Assembly: GCF_988242995.1 (NCBI RefSeq)
Contig: NZ_OZ547043.1
Direction: 5' to 3' (one strand)
Length of the DNA: 64,000 nucleotides
How positions within the stretch are numbered: position 1 is the first letter of the stretch; each line of letters starts with the position of its first letter. Positions 30,014 to 44,716 of this stretch are shown piece by piece. The notes beneath the pieces were generated by a model. It was not told where the DNA came from and ran no database searches. It saw only the letters and a list, made by a program, of their open reading frames with translations. Made by a program: the position numbers and the translations under genes.

Positions 30014-30141
30014 TGGGGACCTTGTTGGTTTTGTGTTTAACAATATTTATACAAGCACAGCTTTACAGGGGAGACAATGGAAAATTTTTCAGCAAGGGAA
30101 AATTGAGGGGTTGATCACGTTTTGTACTGTACTGCAGGTAA

Positions 30142-30320
30142 CAAAAAACCCCGCCGGAGCGAGGTTTCGTCAGCCGCCCGCGGCTGGTAACCGCAAAGCA
30201 CACTGTATTATGTCAACACAGAAAGTATACGTGTTCCGCGCAGAACGCGCAATTTCGGCACGAATTTTGACGTAATTAGTGCATAGTTGAGTATCGATCA
30301 CAGTTTGCGTTTTGTCCAAA
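30142..30320 (-). ncRNA. istR: IstR antisense sRNA locus (IstR-1/IstR-2), divergent from tisAB
   Basis: 22-nt plus-strand direct repeat (30197-30218 and 30455-30476, 21/22 identical): a minus-strand transcript over the first copy would pair with the tisB mRNA about 100 nt upstream of its start; exact RNA ends not determined. Confidence 0.5.
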
Positions 30321-30323
30321 CAT

Positions 30324-30343
30324 TACTGTTTATTCATACAGTA
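30324..30343. promoter_or_regulatory. LexA box (TACTGT-N8-ACAGTA) upstream of tisAB
   Basis: Matches the CTGT-N8-ACAG LexA consensus, read directly. Confidence 0.75.
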
Positions 30344-30577
30344 AACTTCTATAATATCACTGTACGCAATGTGTTATGCGGGGGCCGCATCGTTACCCGG
30401 CGCACTAAGTCCTGGCTGAAACGGGTGGTGCCGTCAGCGCCTTAACCCCGCGTGAGCACACTGTGTTATGTCAACGAGCACAACGTTTCTCCTTGAGATA
30501 CCGCGTGCACAACAGCTGGCAACAGGCAGCGGAAAGGTACGTCAGCTGGCAGTGCTCCTGAACCACAGGAGACGCGT

Positions 30578-30667
30578 ATGAGCCTGGTGGATATCGCCAT
30601 TCTTATCCTCAAACTCATTGTTGCAGCACTGCAACTGCTTGATGCTGTTCTGAAATACCTGAAGTAA
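30578..30667 (+). CDS. tisB: SOS-induced type I toxin TisB
   Basis: Hand-translated 29-aa ORF MSLVDIAILILKLIVAALQLLDAVLKYLK preceded by AGGAG. Confidence 0.9.
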   Translation: MSLVDIAILILKLIVAALQLLDAVLKYLK

Positions 30668-30946
30668 TTCAGATTCAAGTCGCACCAAAGGGGAGCGGGT
30701 AACCGCTCCCCTTTCATATTTAGCGTGCGGGTTGGTGTCGGATGCGATGCTGATGCATCTTATCCGCCCTACCATCCCTCCCGGCAACATTTATTGCCGC
30801 TTTTGTTTACATATTCTGCCGCTAAACAATTCCCCATTCCTGGCGTATATCTGGCTAACATTTATCAATGTGATAGATTCCTCTCCCGCATTTATGGGAA
30901 TGCGTAGTGACTTATTCTAATTATTTTTATAAAAGCATCCGTGATA

Positions 30947-32131
30947 ATGAAAAGGCATAGAAACGTCAATTTGTTATTGATGTTGGTATTACTCGTGGCC
31001 GTCGGTCAGATGGCGCAAACCATTTATATTCCAGCTATTGCCGATATGGCGCGCGATCTCAACGTCCGTGAAGGGGCGGTGCAGAGCGTAATGGGCGCTT
31101 ATCTGCTGACTTACGGTGTCTCACAGCTGTTTTATGGCCCGATTTCCGACCGTGTGGGTCGCCGACCGGTGATCCTCGTCGGAATGTCCATTTTTATGCT
31201 GGCAACGCTGGTCGCGGTCACGACCTCCAGTTTGACAGTATTGATTGCCGCCAGCGCGATGCAGGGGATGGGCACCGGCGTTGGCGGCGTAATGGCGCGT
31301 ACTTTGCCGCGTGATTTATATGAACGGACACAATTGCGCCATGCTAATAGCCTGTTAAACATGGGAATTCTTGTCAGTCCGTTGCTCGCACCGCTAATCG
31401 GCGGTCTGCTGGATACGATGTGGAACTGGCGCGCCTGTTATCTCTTTTTGTTGGTACTTTGTGCCGGTGTGACCTTCAGTATGGCCCGCTGGATGCCGGA
31501 AACGCGTCCGGTCGACGCACCGCGCACGCGCCTGCTTACCAGTTATAAAACGCTTTTCGGTAACAGCGGTTTTAACTGTTATTTGCTGATGCTGATTGGC
31601 GGTCTGGCCGGGATTGCCGCCTTTGAAGCCTGCTCCGGCGTGCTGATGGGCGCGGTGTTAGGGCTGAGCAGTATGACGGTCAGTATTTTGTTTATTCTGC
31701 CGATTCCGGCGGCATTTTTTGGGGCATGGTTTGCCGGACGTCCCAATAAACGCTTCTCAACGTTGATGTGGCAGTCGGTTATCTGCTGCCTGCTGGCTGG
31801 CTTGCTGATGTGGATCCCCGACTGGTTTGGCGTGATGAATGTCTGGACGCTGCTCGTTCCCGCCGCGCTATTCTTTTTCGGTGCCGGGATGCTGTTTCCG
31901 CTGGCGACCAGCGGCGCGATGGAGCCGTTCCCTTTCCTGGCGGGCACGGCTGGCGCGCTGGTCGGCGGTCTACAAAACATTGGTTCCGGCGTGCTGGCGT
32001 CGCTCTCTGCGATGTTGCCGCAAACCGGTCAGGGCAGCCTGGGGTTGTTGATGACCTTAATGGGATTGTTGATCGTGCTGTGCTGGCTACCGCTGGCGAC
32101 GCGGATGTCGCATCAGGGGCAGCCCGTTTAA
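30947..32131 (+). CDS. emrD: Multidrug efflux MFS transporter EmrD
   Basis: Translation matches EmrD; start at the ATG at 30947 (MKRHRNVNLLLML...). Confidence 0.9.
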   Translation: MKRHRNVNLLLMLVLLVAVGQMAQTIYIPAIADMARDLNVREGAVQSVMGAYLLTYGVSQLFYGPISDRVGRRPVILVGMSIFMLATLVAVTTSSLTVLIAASAMQGMGTGVGGVMARTLPRDLYERTQLRHANSLLNMGILVSPLLAPLIGGLLDTMWNWRACYLFLLVLCAGVTFSMARWMPETRPVDAPRTRLLTSYKTLFGNSGFNCYLLMLIGGLAGIAAFEACSGVLMGAVLGLSSMTVSILFILPIPAAFFGAWFAGRPNKRFSTLMWQSVICCLLAGLLMWIPDWFGVMNVWTLLVPAALFFFGAGMLFPLATSGAMEPFPFLAGTAGALVGGLQNIGSGVLASLSAMLPQTGQGSLGLLMTLMGLLIVLCWLPLATRMSHQGQPV

Positions 32132-32138
32132 GCTCACG

Positions 32139-32636
32139 TCACCGCAGCATCGTCATCAGCTCCATGGGAGAACGATGCTGCTTTATCAGATCACGCATCA
32201 CCCGCATATGCGGCGCGGAGCAAGAATAAAACGCCTGATAGCCCGCACAAAGCACGTTGTCTGGCGTCTCCTCCCGAGCGTGCGGGCACAGCCGATGCCA
32301 GTCGCACGCCTGGCAGCCACGGCGCGGTTGCGGGTTTTCGCTGCCACACCATTTTTGTAGGGTGGAGTCAAAAAGCTCAATCGAGATACGACTGATATCT
32401 GCCCGTACCCAACACTCGAACAGGGCAATTAAAAATTTCCCCCACAGCTCTGCTGTCACCGAAGCGGCCGTCAGATCGCCCCGGTCATCAAATTCAAGAT
32501 GGGGAATAAGCTGTACGGAGCGGATGCCCCGCTGTTTGAAATTGTGATAAAAATCGGCAGGTTGCAGAGCATCCTTATACTCTACAACCAGTTTATGCCT
32601 GTCCTCTTCAGCATCAATGACCTGACTTCCTGTCAT
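32139..32636 (-). CDS. yidF: SPASM-domain fragment of an anaerobic sulfatase-maturase-like protein
   Basis: 165-aa Cys-rich ORF lacking the N-terminal radical-SAM CxxxCxxC domain; matches YidF. Confidence 0.85.
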   Translation of the reverse strand: MTGSQVIDAEEDRHKLVVEYKDALQPADFYHNFKQRGIRSVQLIPHLEFDDRGDLTAASVTAELWGKFLIALFECWVRADISRISIELFDSTLQKWCGSENPQPRRGCQACDWHRLCPHAREETPDNVLCAGYQAFYSCSAPHMRVMRDLIKQHRSPMELMTMLR

Positions 32637-32995
32637 GCGACTCTCTCAATAAATACGATAAGTTGATGTATATGCGTTACAGCAAACAGTATTGCGAGAG
32701 ATAACACCGCGAGGGAGATCAAAAATTTGTCACGGACTACGTGAAATTGGGAAAAATCGCTATTCGTGACATCCATTAAATTGCGATTACGGGTGTAGTG
32801 CCAGAGGATCAGCGCCACGATGGCGAGGATGCCAATCGAAATCCAGAATAACATGCCCGCCTGGTGCCAGTTGTGTTTGATAGCCAACGCCATCAACGCG
32901 CCGTAGCCCAGCATGGTACGAAACCACGCCAGTGATGTACGCTCCGGCTGCAGTCCTGGGTCGGCAATGCGTCTGGCTTTGCGGCTATCCGGCAT
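32633..32995 (-). CDS. yidG: DUF202 inner-membrane protein
   Basis: 120-aa ORF with ERTSLAWFRT motif. Confidence 0.85.
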   Translation of the reverse strand: MPDSRKARRIADPGLQPERTSLAWFRTMLGYGALMALAIKHNWHQAGMLFWISIGILAIVALILWHYTRNRNLMDVTNSDFSQFHVVRDKFLISLAVLSLAILFAVTHIHQLIVFIERVA

Positions 32996-33332
32996 ACAAC
33001 ACCAGTCCCATAACGATCACCGCCACGATCATCAATATTAAGCTGATGATTAATAAGCTGTTGGTATAGGGCAGGTCCTCTTTCAGACGCATCGCTTTTT
33101 CATTGCGTAACCAGCGCAAGTAGCCATACATCGCTAACCCGCCGGAAAACAGACACAACAACAACGCCAGCAGTTCGCGAATGACGGGCGTGGCGAAATC
33201 TGGCGCAAGTTGGTCAAGCCCAACCCCCGCCGCCAGAAATCCTAGTGCGGTACGGATCCACGCCAGAAAAGTACGCTCATTAGCCAGCGAGAAGCGGTAA
33301 TCGGGCGCTTCTCCGAGGCGGGAAATTTTCAT
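32985..33332 (-). CDS. yidH: DUF202 inner-membrane protein
   Basis: ERTFLAWIRT motif; start at the internal ATG (MKISRLGEAPDY...) to match about 115 aa. Confidence 0.8.
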   Translation of the reverse strand: MKISRLGEAPDYRFSLANERTFLAWIRTALGFLAAGVGLDQLAPDFATPVIRELLALLLCLFSGGLAMYGYLRWLRNEKAMRLKEDLPYTNSLLIISLILMIVAVIVMGLVLYAG

Positions 33333-33391
33333 TGTTGCTCCTTGTAAACTGTTCCTCGCCGAAAAAGTAGGCCAGGAACAGCAATAATGCA

Positions 33392-34885
33392 TCAGAACTT
33401 CTGTTTTTTCTCTTCCACCTTCACCCCTTGTGTCGGTAGGCCGGTGTCATAGTCGCGTACCACTGGCGAATAGCCATCTTGTGGGCGTGGACGAAACGCC
33501 CCCATCCAGCGAGGTCGTGCATCTTTACGCCACGGACGCAGGCTCCATTGATAACTGCGGAACGGATCGCGAATTTTGTCCATGTAATCCAATAAGGCGT
33601 CATGCATTTTGCGGCGAACGTCGGCAAAACGGATATCATCGATCAGGTTATGCATTTCATTTGGGTCATTACGGCGATCGTAAAGTTCATCACTGGTGAA
33701 GAGGTTGAGTACCAGTTTAAAGTCATCCGTCACCCAGCAACGCACCGGAATAAAACCGCCAAAGCTGTCATGCTCAATCTCGTAGCGGTTAAATTCCACC
33801 ATCACGCCGCGTGGCTCTGTCACGGCAAGGATATTTTCCCCCGGCAGAATCTCTGGTTTTTCAATATCTGCCAGCGCCATCATTGTCGGCAGTAAATCGA
33901 TATGACTGACTGGCGTATCGACCTGTCGCCGCTCCCCTTGCGGCGAACGGATGATCAGCGGAATACGGGTGATGTCGTCATACATCGCCGCTCCTTTACT
34001 GATCAGCTTATGTGCGCCCATCATTTCGCCGTGATCGGAGGTATAAATAACCCACGTATTTTCACGTTGCTCTGGCGTTAAGGCATTGATGACCCGTCCG
34101 ATTTGGTCATCAACAAAGTCATTGCAGGCAAAATAGAGCGGATGGTGATAAAGCCCGTCATCACCGACTGGCGATGGCATCGCCTGCGCCCATAAGCGGT
34201 GATGTTCCGGTTTGTTCGCCAGGTCATCCTGTGATTTCTCGCCAAGTTCGTAGTAAAAATCAGCGTATTTCTCTAAATACTCCACCGGACAGGTGAACGG
34301 GTGATGCGGCTCATCATACGAAACCACCATCAGGAAGGGTTCCTCGGCGCGCGCGGGCTGTTGCAGAAAATCTACCGCCCGATTGCTGATGCGGTGCGCC
34401 CAGGTGAAGGTTTCGTCAATATGGTTCGCCTGTAAATCTTCGACGCTGTTTAGGCCATTGCGCCACAGGCTGATCTCTTTTTCCGTCAGTTCGCTAAGAT
34501 AGTTCGCCCCATCGAACCAGTAATCAGCGTCCCACTCCGGCGGACACTCGCCAGTGCCGAAATAGTCATGACCGTCGAGATGCCATTTGCCAATGTAACA
34601 GGTGTGATAGCCCGCATCCTTAAAGTAGCGTCCCATAGTGGAGATGTTTTTGCCCGGCGCGACGTTATTGGTCCACGGGCCGGACTGGTTAGCGTAGATA
34701 CCGGTAAACAGCCCGGCGCGCGCTGGTGTACAAACCGGTGAACAGGTGTAGGCGGAATTAAAGCGAATACTTTCCGCCGCCAGACTATCAATATTTTGCG
34801 TATTCAGCGGTTTACCGCTATAGCAACCGACCATATTGGTGGCCTGGGTATCGGTCATGATGAACAGAAAATTGGGGCGTTTCAT
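33392..34885 (-). CDS. yidJ: Cys-type sulfatase
   Basis: 497-aa ORF with sulfatase signature C-T-P-A-R. Confidence 0.9.
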   Translation of the reverse strand: MKRPNFLFIMTDTQATNMVGCYSGKPLNTQNIDSLAAESIRFNSAYTCSPVCTPARAGLFTGIYANQSGPWTNNVAPGKNISTMGRYFKDAGYHTCYIGKWHLDGHDYFGTGECPPEWDADYWFDGANYLSELTEKEISLWRNGLNSVEDLQANHIDETFTWAHRISNRAVDFLQQPARAEEPFLMVVSYDEPHHPFTCPVEYLEKYADFYYELGEKSQDDLANKPEHHRLWAQAMPSPVGDDGLYHHPLYFACNDFVDDQIGRVINALTPEQRENTWVIYTSDHGEMMGAHKLISKGAAMYDDITRIPLIIRSPQGERRQVDTPVSHIDLLPTMMALADIEKPEILPGENILAVTEPRGVMVEFNRYEIEHDSFGGFIPVRCWVTDDFKLVLNLFTSDELYDRRNDPNEMHNLIDDIRFADVRRKMHDALLDYMDKIRDPFRSYQWSLRPWRKDARPRWMGAFRPRPQDGYSPVVRDYDTGLPTQGVKVEEKKQKF

Positions 34886-36597
34886 AGGCTATCCTTCGCG
34901 TCGGGAGTAAAGGTTACGGCTGGGTCGTGACGATGCCGCCAGCTGTCAAAAATCAGGTAGACAATCACTACGGCGGCAATGAAATAACTGATCATCGCTA
35001 ACCAGCGCGTACCGTAGCCGCCGAATTCAGCCAGCCCGGCATAGACGCCAATCATCGCGAACAGGATACCAATTGACGCGATCTTGACGTTTTTCCACGG
35101 TTTCATGTCCACCGCAAACGCATCGTTGAAGGTGAACGGCGTGGCGCGCGGTTTGATAAAACCGATCACCAGCATCACGACCACGTTGATGCAGAACGTA
35201 CAGGCCAGCACATAGAGGAAATGGAAGTCGAACTTCACCAGATAGTTGATGGTGATGTAGCTGATTATGCCAATCCCCATCGCCACTTTTGCCGCCAGCG
35301 CCGGAATGCGCGGGAAGAAAAAGCCCATAATGATGATGGTAACCAGCGGCACGTTGTAAATACCGTTGAGCTGTTTCATCCAGCTATATAGCCCCTGCGG
35401 CGCGTTGGCGATCCACGGCGCGACCAGCACCGAAACGATAGCGATAAAGAAACCAAATTTGCGCCCGACGGTGACCAGCTGCTGCGGCTCGGCATTCTGG
35501 TTAATGATGCGCCGGTAAATACCCATACTGAATAACGTACTGGCGCTATTCAGAAAGCCGTTGAAGGTACTGATCACCGCACCAAATAACACCGCGCCGA
35601 AGAAACCCACCAGTGGCACTGGCAGAACGTTATTGACCAGCGTCGGGTAGGCCATGTCGGCTTTAGGTAAATCCTGATACAGATGAAACGCAATCAACCC
35701 TGGCAGCACCAGTACCAGCGGGTCGAGCATTTTCAGCACCGCCGTTAACAGCGCCCCCTTTTGCCCTTCCGCCAGGCTTTTTGACGCCAGTGTGCGTTGC
35801 ACGATGCCCTGATTTGTACACCAGTAAAAGGTGTTCACCAGAATCAAACCGGTAAATGCCGCGCCAATCGGCAAGGGATCGGTCGGGCCGCCGACTGAGT
35901 TTAATTTCTCGGCGTGAACGGTGGTGAGTTGCTCAATGCCCTGCATAAAGCTGCCCTTGCCCATCGCGATCAGGCCAAATATCGGCACCATCAACCCGCC
36001 AATAACCAGCCCAATACCGTTAATGGAGTCTGCCACTGCCATTGCGCGCAGTCCGCCGATCACCGCATACAAAATTCCCGCCATACCAAGCAAAATAACC
36101 AGTAGCCAGATCGCTGCGCCGTGGGAAATTTGTAACGATTCCCCGACGTGAAACAGGCTGTTGAGCGCCAACGCGCCGGAGTAGAGAACAATCGGCAGAA
36201 AGCAGACACCGGTGGCAATGAGGAAGCAGAAGTCGATGATAATACGCGTCGTTTTATCATAACGTTCCTCCAGGAAATCGGGGATGGTGGCAATGCCACG
36301 CTTCAGATAGCGCGGTAAAAAGATTAGCGCGAGGAAGATCAGCGTCACCGCAGAAGTGACTTCCCAGCCCATCACCGACATGCCGCTTTTGTAGGCCTGC
36401 CCGGAAAGTCCAACCAGTTGTTCCGTGGAAAGGTTGGTTAGCATTAACGAAGCGGCAATAACCGGCGCTTTTAGTGAACGTCCGGCAAGAAAATAGCCTT
36501 GTTGCGATCCGGTATCTGTTTTGCGGACCTTCCACCAGGTGATGACCGCCACCAGCAGCGTAAAACCGACAAAACTCAAGATTTGTAACGAATTCAT
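34882..36597 (-). CDS. yidK: Sodium:solute symporter (SSS family)
   Basis: 571-aa polytopic membrane ORF matching YidK. Confidence 0.9.
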   Translation of the reverse strand: MNSLQILSFVGFTLLVAVITWWKVRKTDTGSQQGYFLAGRSLKAPVIAASLMLTNLSTEQLVGLSGQAYKSGMSVMGWEVTSAVTLIFLALIFLPRYLKRGIATIPDFLEERYDKTTRIIIDFCFLIATGVCFLPIVLYSGALALNSLFHVGESLQISHGAAIWLLVILLGMAGILYAVIGGLRAMAVADSINGIGLVIGGLMVPIFGLIAMGKGSFMQGIEQLTTVHAEKLNSVGGPTDPLPIGAAFTGLILVNTFYWCTNQGIVQRTLASKSLAEGQKGALLTAVLKMLDPLVLVLPGLIAFHLYQDLPKADMAYPTLVNNVLPVPLVGFFGAVLFGAVISTFNGFLNSASTLFSMGIYRRIINQNAEPQQLVTVGRKFGFFIAIVSVLVAPWIANAPQGLYSWMKQLNGIYNVPLVTIIIMGFFFPRIPALAAKVAMGIGIISYITINYLVKFDFHFLYVLACTFCINVVVMLVIGFIKPRATPFTFNDAFAVDMKPWKNVKIASIGILFAMIGVYAGLAEFGGYGTRWLAMISYFIAAVVIVYLIFDSWRHRHDPAVTFTPDAKDSL

Positions 36598-36763
36598 CTC
36601 ATAGCCCTTATTTATGTTTATGTCCCGGACGCATGAATATAGGGAGAGGTAAAATGCGTCGGGTCAGGCAGTCAGATTCTTAAAATACAAACGTCGTATC
36701 CCTGAACGGATTGTTTTCTGTTAAGTTCAGGTTGTGAGCATAATTCGCCGGAGGGATATTAAA

Positions 36764-40592
<3,829 letters not shown>

Positions 40593-40887
40593 TTCCACAT
40601 CCTCTTTTCTCAATTCTGTAAGTAGGAAGCCTGATTGGTTATGCGGCAGGCCTGGAGCGAGGATAGGAAGATGCGATCGGCAGAACATGACGACCCAATG
40701 GGATTCGTGATCGCTTTCATGCTTTTCGTTGGGCGGTAGAGATCTACGTTTTCGCGAAAAAGTAGACATCTGTGAGCACTGGTACACAGCATCGAACACA
40801 TCTTTAAAAAAAAGATTTTTTTTCAATCGATTAAGCAGAACTTGTGGGCGCATTACCCGGGCTTGCAGGCAAAAAAGAGATCTAGAG

Positions 40888-41604
40888 ATGATCTACAAAA
40901 GCATTGCGGAGCGGTTAAGAATTCGACTTAACTCCGCGGATTTCACGCTAAACAGCCTTCTTCCCGGTGAAAAAAAGTTGGCGGAAGAATTTGCGGTATC
41001 GCGGATGACCATCCGTAAAGCCATTGACCTGCTGGTAGCGTGGGGGCTGGTGGTCCGCCGCCACGGTAGCGGCACTTACCTGGTGCGCAAAGATGTACTG
41101 CATCAAACCGCCAGTCTGACCGGGCTGGTGGAGGTGTTAAAACGCCAGGGAAAAACGGTCACCAGCCAGGTGCTGATTTTTGAAATCATGCCTGCGCCTC
41201 CGGCCATTGCCAGCCAGTTACGGATTCAAATCAACGAGCAGATCTACTTCTCCCGTCGCGTTCGTTTTGTGGAAGGGAAACCGCTGATGCTGGAAGACAG
41301 CTATATGCCGGTAAAACTGTTCCGCAACCTATCGCTGCAACATCTGGAAGGGTCGAAGTTTGAATATATTGAACAAGAGTGCGGGATTCTGATTGGCGGT
41401 AATTATGAAAGCCTGACGCCGGTGCTCGCCGATAGACTGCTGGCGCGGCAAATGAAGGTAGCGGAACACACGCCACTGCTGCGGATCACCTCGTTGTCAT
41501 ATAGCGAGAGCGGGGAGTTTTTGAATTATTCAGTGATGTTCAGAAATGCCAACGAATACCAGGTGGAGTACCATTTACGGCGACTCCACCCGGAAAAGAG
41601 TTAA
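40888..41604 (+). CDS. yidP: GntR-family regulator with UTRA effector domain
   Basis: Translation matches YidP; start at the ATG at 40888. Confidence 0.85.
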
Positions 41605-43262
41605 CCGATACTCCAGAAGAGCACCGCCAGTAATTGGGGGGTGATAATGCGCAGGAACATCACTAACGGATAGACAGTGGCGTAAGAGAGCGCCGCCGCA
41701 CCGCTCGTTGGATGAAGATTATTAGCAAATGCCAGCGCCGGTGGATCGGTCATGGAGCCAGCCAGCATCCCGCACATGGTCAGGTAATTCATTTTGGCTA
41801 ACATCCGCGCCAGAATACCAACAGTAATCAGCGGAACGGCGGTGATCAGGGCACCATAACCAATCCAGCTTAGCCCTTCGCCATTGACCAGGGTATTCAC
41901 AAAATCCCCACCAGATTTCAGCCCCACTACCGAGAGGAACAGCACGATCCCCAGCTCCCGCAGCGCGAGGTTGGCGCTTGGCGGCATAAACCAGTACAGC
42001 TTGCCGATACTGCCGATACGCCCGAGGATCAACGCCATAATCAGCGGACCGCCCGCCAGCCCCAGTTTCAACGCGGCCGGGAATCCCGGCACAAAGACGG
42101 GAATAGAACCTAACAATACGCCAAGCCCGATACCAATAAACACCGGCAGCATCTGAACCTGTTGCAGTTTTTGCTGCGCATTCCCCAGCACATTGGCAAC
42201 GGCATCAATTGCGGACGGACGCCCCACCAGGTTGAGGATATCGCCGAACTGCAGGCTGATATCACCACTGGCGACCAGTTCGACCCCGGCACGGTTCAGG
42301 CGCGAGATAACAACGTCATAGCGTTCTTTAAAGTGCAGGTCGCGAATACGTTTTCCGAGCACGTTTTCATTGGTGACCACCACACGCTCGACGCGCAAAT
42401 CAGTGCCTTTCGTAGACAGCGAGGTATCGACCTCCTGACCAATCACCAGTTGCGCATTATGTAAATCCGCTGGCTGCCCCACCAGATGCAGCAAATCGCC
42501 CAGTTGGATAATGGTATCTGGCGAAGGTACTTTTAGGGTTTCTTCGCGTTTCAGACGCGAGCAGATAATTTTGTCGCCGTTGAGAATCGGTACATCTTTA
42601 ATGGCTAAATCATGCAGGTTAGGATTCTCAACGCGAATATTGATAGTCCTGATCAGCGCGCCGCCATTGGTGCGTGAAGACTCGTGCTGCTGGGCTTCTG
42701 TCTCGACATTGACGCGGAAAATAACCCGCAACATCCACATGGTGAACAAAATCCCGCAAATGCCGAATGGATACGCCATCGCGTAACTCATCCCCATCTG
42801 ATCGACCATTTCCATTGGTGTACCCAGGTCGCGCAAGATCTGCTGCCCTGCCCCCAGTGCTGGCGTATTGGTTACCGCACCGGAGAAAATCCCCAGTACT
42901 ACCGGCAGTGGAATATCAAACAGTTTATGCAGGATGGCGGTAACCAGACCACCGATGATGACGATCAGAACAGCAAACAGGTTGAGGCGTAATCCGGAGA
43001 CGCGCAATGAGGCAAAGAAGCCCGGACCCACCTGAATCCCGATGGTATAAACGAACAGGATCAGGCCAAATTCCTGAATAACATGCAGCATATCGCTACT
43101 TAATGTCATCCCCGCCTGAGAAACAAAATGGCCGACGATGATCCCACCAAACAGCACGCCGCCAATACCTAATCCTATGCCGCGAAATTTGACGTTGCCG
43201 ATAAACAAACCGACGACTGCCACCAAAGCCAGAATACTGACCGTTAATGCTATATCACTCAT
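41601..43262 (-). CDS. yidE: Putative transporter YidE (AAE family)
   Basis: Translation matches YidE; start at the ATG at 43262 ([11 protein letters not shown]...). Confidence 0.9.
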
Positions 43263-43412
43263 CGTCCATTTCTCTTGAGATAACATTTTAATTGCTACGG
43301 ATTATGGCTGAATCGGTGAAGCAGATTTGCCTTATAGCGCACATTATCACGGGAAAGAACGTGCCGAAATATCTTAAACAGGCGAAAATTAACGCATTGT
43401 TGAAGAAGAAAG

Positions 43413-43442
43413 ACAAAAAAAGCCCCACCAGAATGGCGGGGC
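43413..43442 (-). terminator. Intrinsic terminator downstream of ibpB
   Basis: Minus-strand GCCCCGCCATTCTGGTGGGGC followed by a T-run. Confidence 0.75.
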
Positions 43443-43457
43443 AAAGAGAATAGCTAG

Positions 43458-43886
43458 TTAGCTATTTAACGCGGGACGTTCGCTGATAGCGATACGCTGC
43501 GCTGCGATGGGTTCAGGCTCATTACGAATTAAATCAATATGCAGTAAACCGTTTACGAAGGTTGCACCAGAGACTTCCATATTTTCAGCCAGCGTAAAGC
43601 TCAGGCTAAATGGCTGATTCATAAGCCCTTGATGCAGCCATTTTTTCTCTTCTTTTGGCTGCTCCGGCGTGCCTTTTACGCTCAGGCGCGTACCTTCCAG
43701 TTGAATCTCTAAATCTTCCTGACGAAAACCTGCCAGCGCAAGGGTAATGCGGTAGTGGTTATCGTCGCTTTTCTCAATGTTGTACGGCGGGAAGCTCTGG
43801 CTTTCACCGGCGTTTTGCAGTGCGTTGGCCAGTTTGTCAAAACCGATCCATTGACGCATCAGTGGGGATAAATCGAAGTTACGCAT
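43458..43886 (-). CDS. ibpB: Small heat-shock protein IbpB
   Basis: Alpha-crystallin-type sHsp; start at [12 protein letters not shown]... Confidence 0.95.
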
Positions 43887-43997
43887 AGTCATTTCTCCTT
43901 CTAAGAAGCGAGTAAGTACCTGCAAATCCGAAGATTCGCATATGCTCCCTGACGGCGAGCATGGAGATGTCAGGCCGCGCAAGGCGGCCTTAGGGAA

Positions 43998-44411
43998 TTA
44001 GTTGATTTCGATACGGCGCGGTTTTTTCGCTTCCGGAATCACGCGTTCGAGATCGATATACAGCAGACCATTCACCAGGTTAGCGCCACGAACATGAATG
44101 TTCTCAGCTAACTGGAATTTGCGTTCAAAGTTGCGTTCAGCGATGCCCTGGTACAGATAGGTGCGCTCTTTTTGTTCGTCGGCGTGAGCACCTTTCACCA
44201 CCAGCAGATTATCCTGGGCGGTAATTTCCAGTTCGCTCTCAGCAAAACCAGCCACAGCGATAGCAATGCGGTAATGGTTTTCGTCTACCAGTTCAACGTT
44301 ATACGGAGGGTAGCCGCCATTACTCTGGCTCTGGTTGTTTTCTAAGTGGTTAAACAAACGGTCAAATCCAATAGCAGAACGGTAAAGCGGGGATAAATCA
44401 AAGTTACGCAT
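43998..44411 (-). CDS. ibpA: Small heat-shock protein IbpA
   Basis: Alpha-crystallin-type sHsp; start at the ATG at 44411 preceded by AGGAG. Confidence 0.95.
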
Positions 44412-44510
44412 AATCAATAGCTCCTGAAATCAGCGAGAATGTAAGACCTTCCACAATGGACAGGTCAGGTAGCCAGAACACCCATCAGGCGCGTCCTCAT
44501 CGGCTACGAT
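44412..44510 (-). promoter_or_regulatory. ibpA 5' UTR with ROSE-like RNA thermometer
   Basis: UCGCU element positioned to pair with the AGGAG ribosome-binding site; a thermometer is established for E. coli ibpA. Confidence 0.5.
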
Positions 44511-44514
44511 GTAA

Positions 44515-44542
44515 AAATGGGTCTGGAAATGAACTTTTCAAG
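44515..44542 (-). promoter_or_regulatory. Sigma-32 heat-shock promoter of ibpAB
   Basis: Minus-strand CTTGAAA, then 13 nt, then CCCATTTT, matching the sigma-32 consensus. Confidence 0.7.
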
Positions 44543-44716
44543 CCTTATCAGCGGACTTTTTTTTGCAGTTTATGGTCTATTGCATAGACTGAGGGGGCAG
44601 CACGAAACGTTAAAGTGCGATAGCCGCCACAGTGCGACGTTATGATGATGTTATTTTCAGCAAGGGATCGCTATAACTCATCAGGCCAACACCCACGATC
44701 AACAGATGAATTTATT

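Noticed and set aside
29793..30275. 160-aa plus-strand ORF spanning the ilvB start, ivbL and the ilvB promoter
   Set aside because: Overlaps the hand-verified ivbL leader and attenuator on the opposite strand; the Thr/Arg-rich translation reflects the reverse reading of Val codons.
40593..40853. N-terminal extension of the PTS EIICB ORF (625 aa in the track)
   Set aside because: The extension has no ribosome-binding site and no similarity; the internal ATG at 40592 has a GAGGATG-type site and gives the expected membrane-domain N-terminus. Similar upstream extensions were trimmed for uhpA, nepI, yicN, adeQ, ibpA, ibpB, yidQ, yidR, cbrA, dgoT, yidX, yidP, yidL, yidE, yidH, emrD and dnaA.
43887..43997. 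Sigma-54 promoter for ibpB in the ibpA-ibpB intergenic region
   Set aside because: I could not find a convincing TGGCAC-N5-TTGC match by eye; left unannotated.
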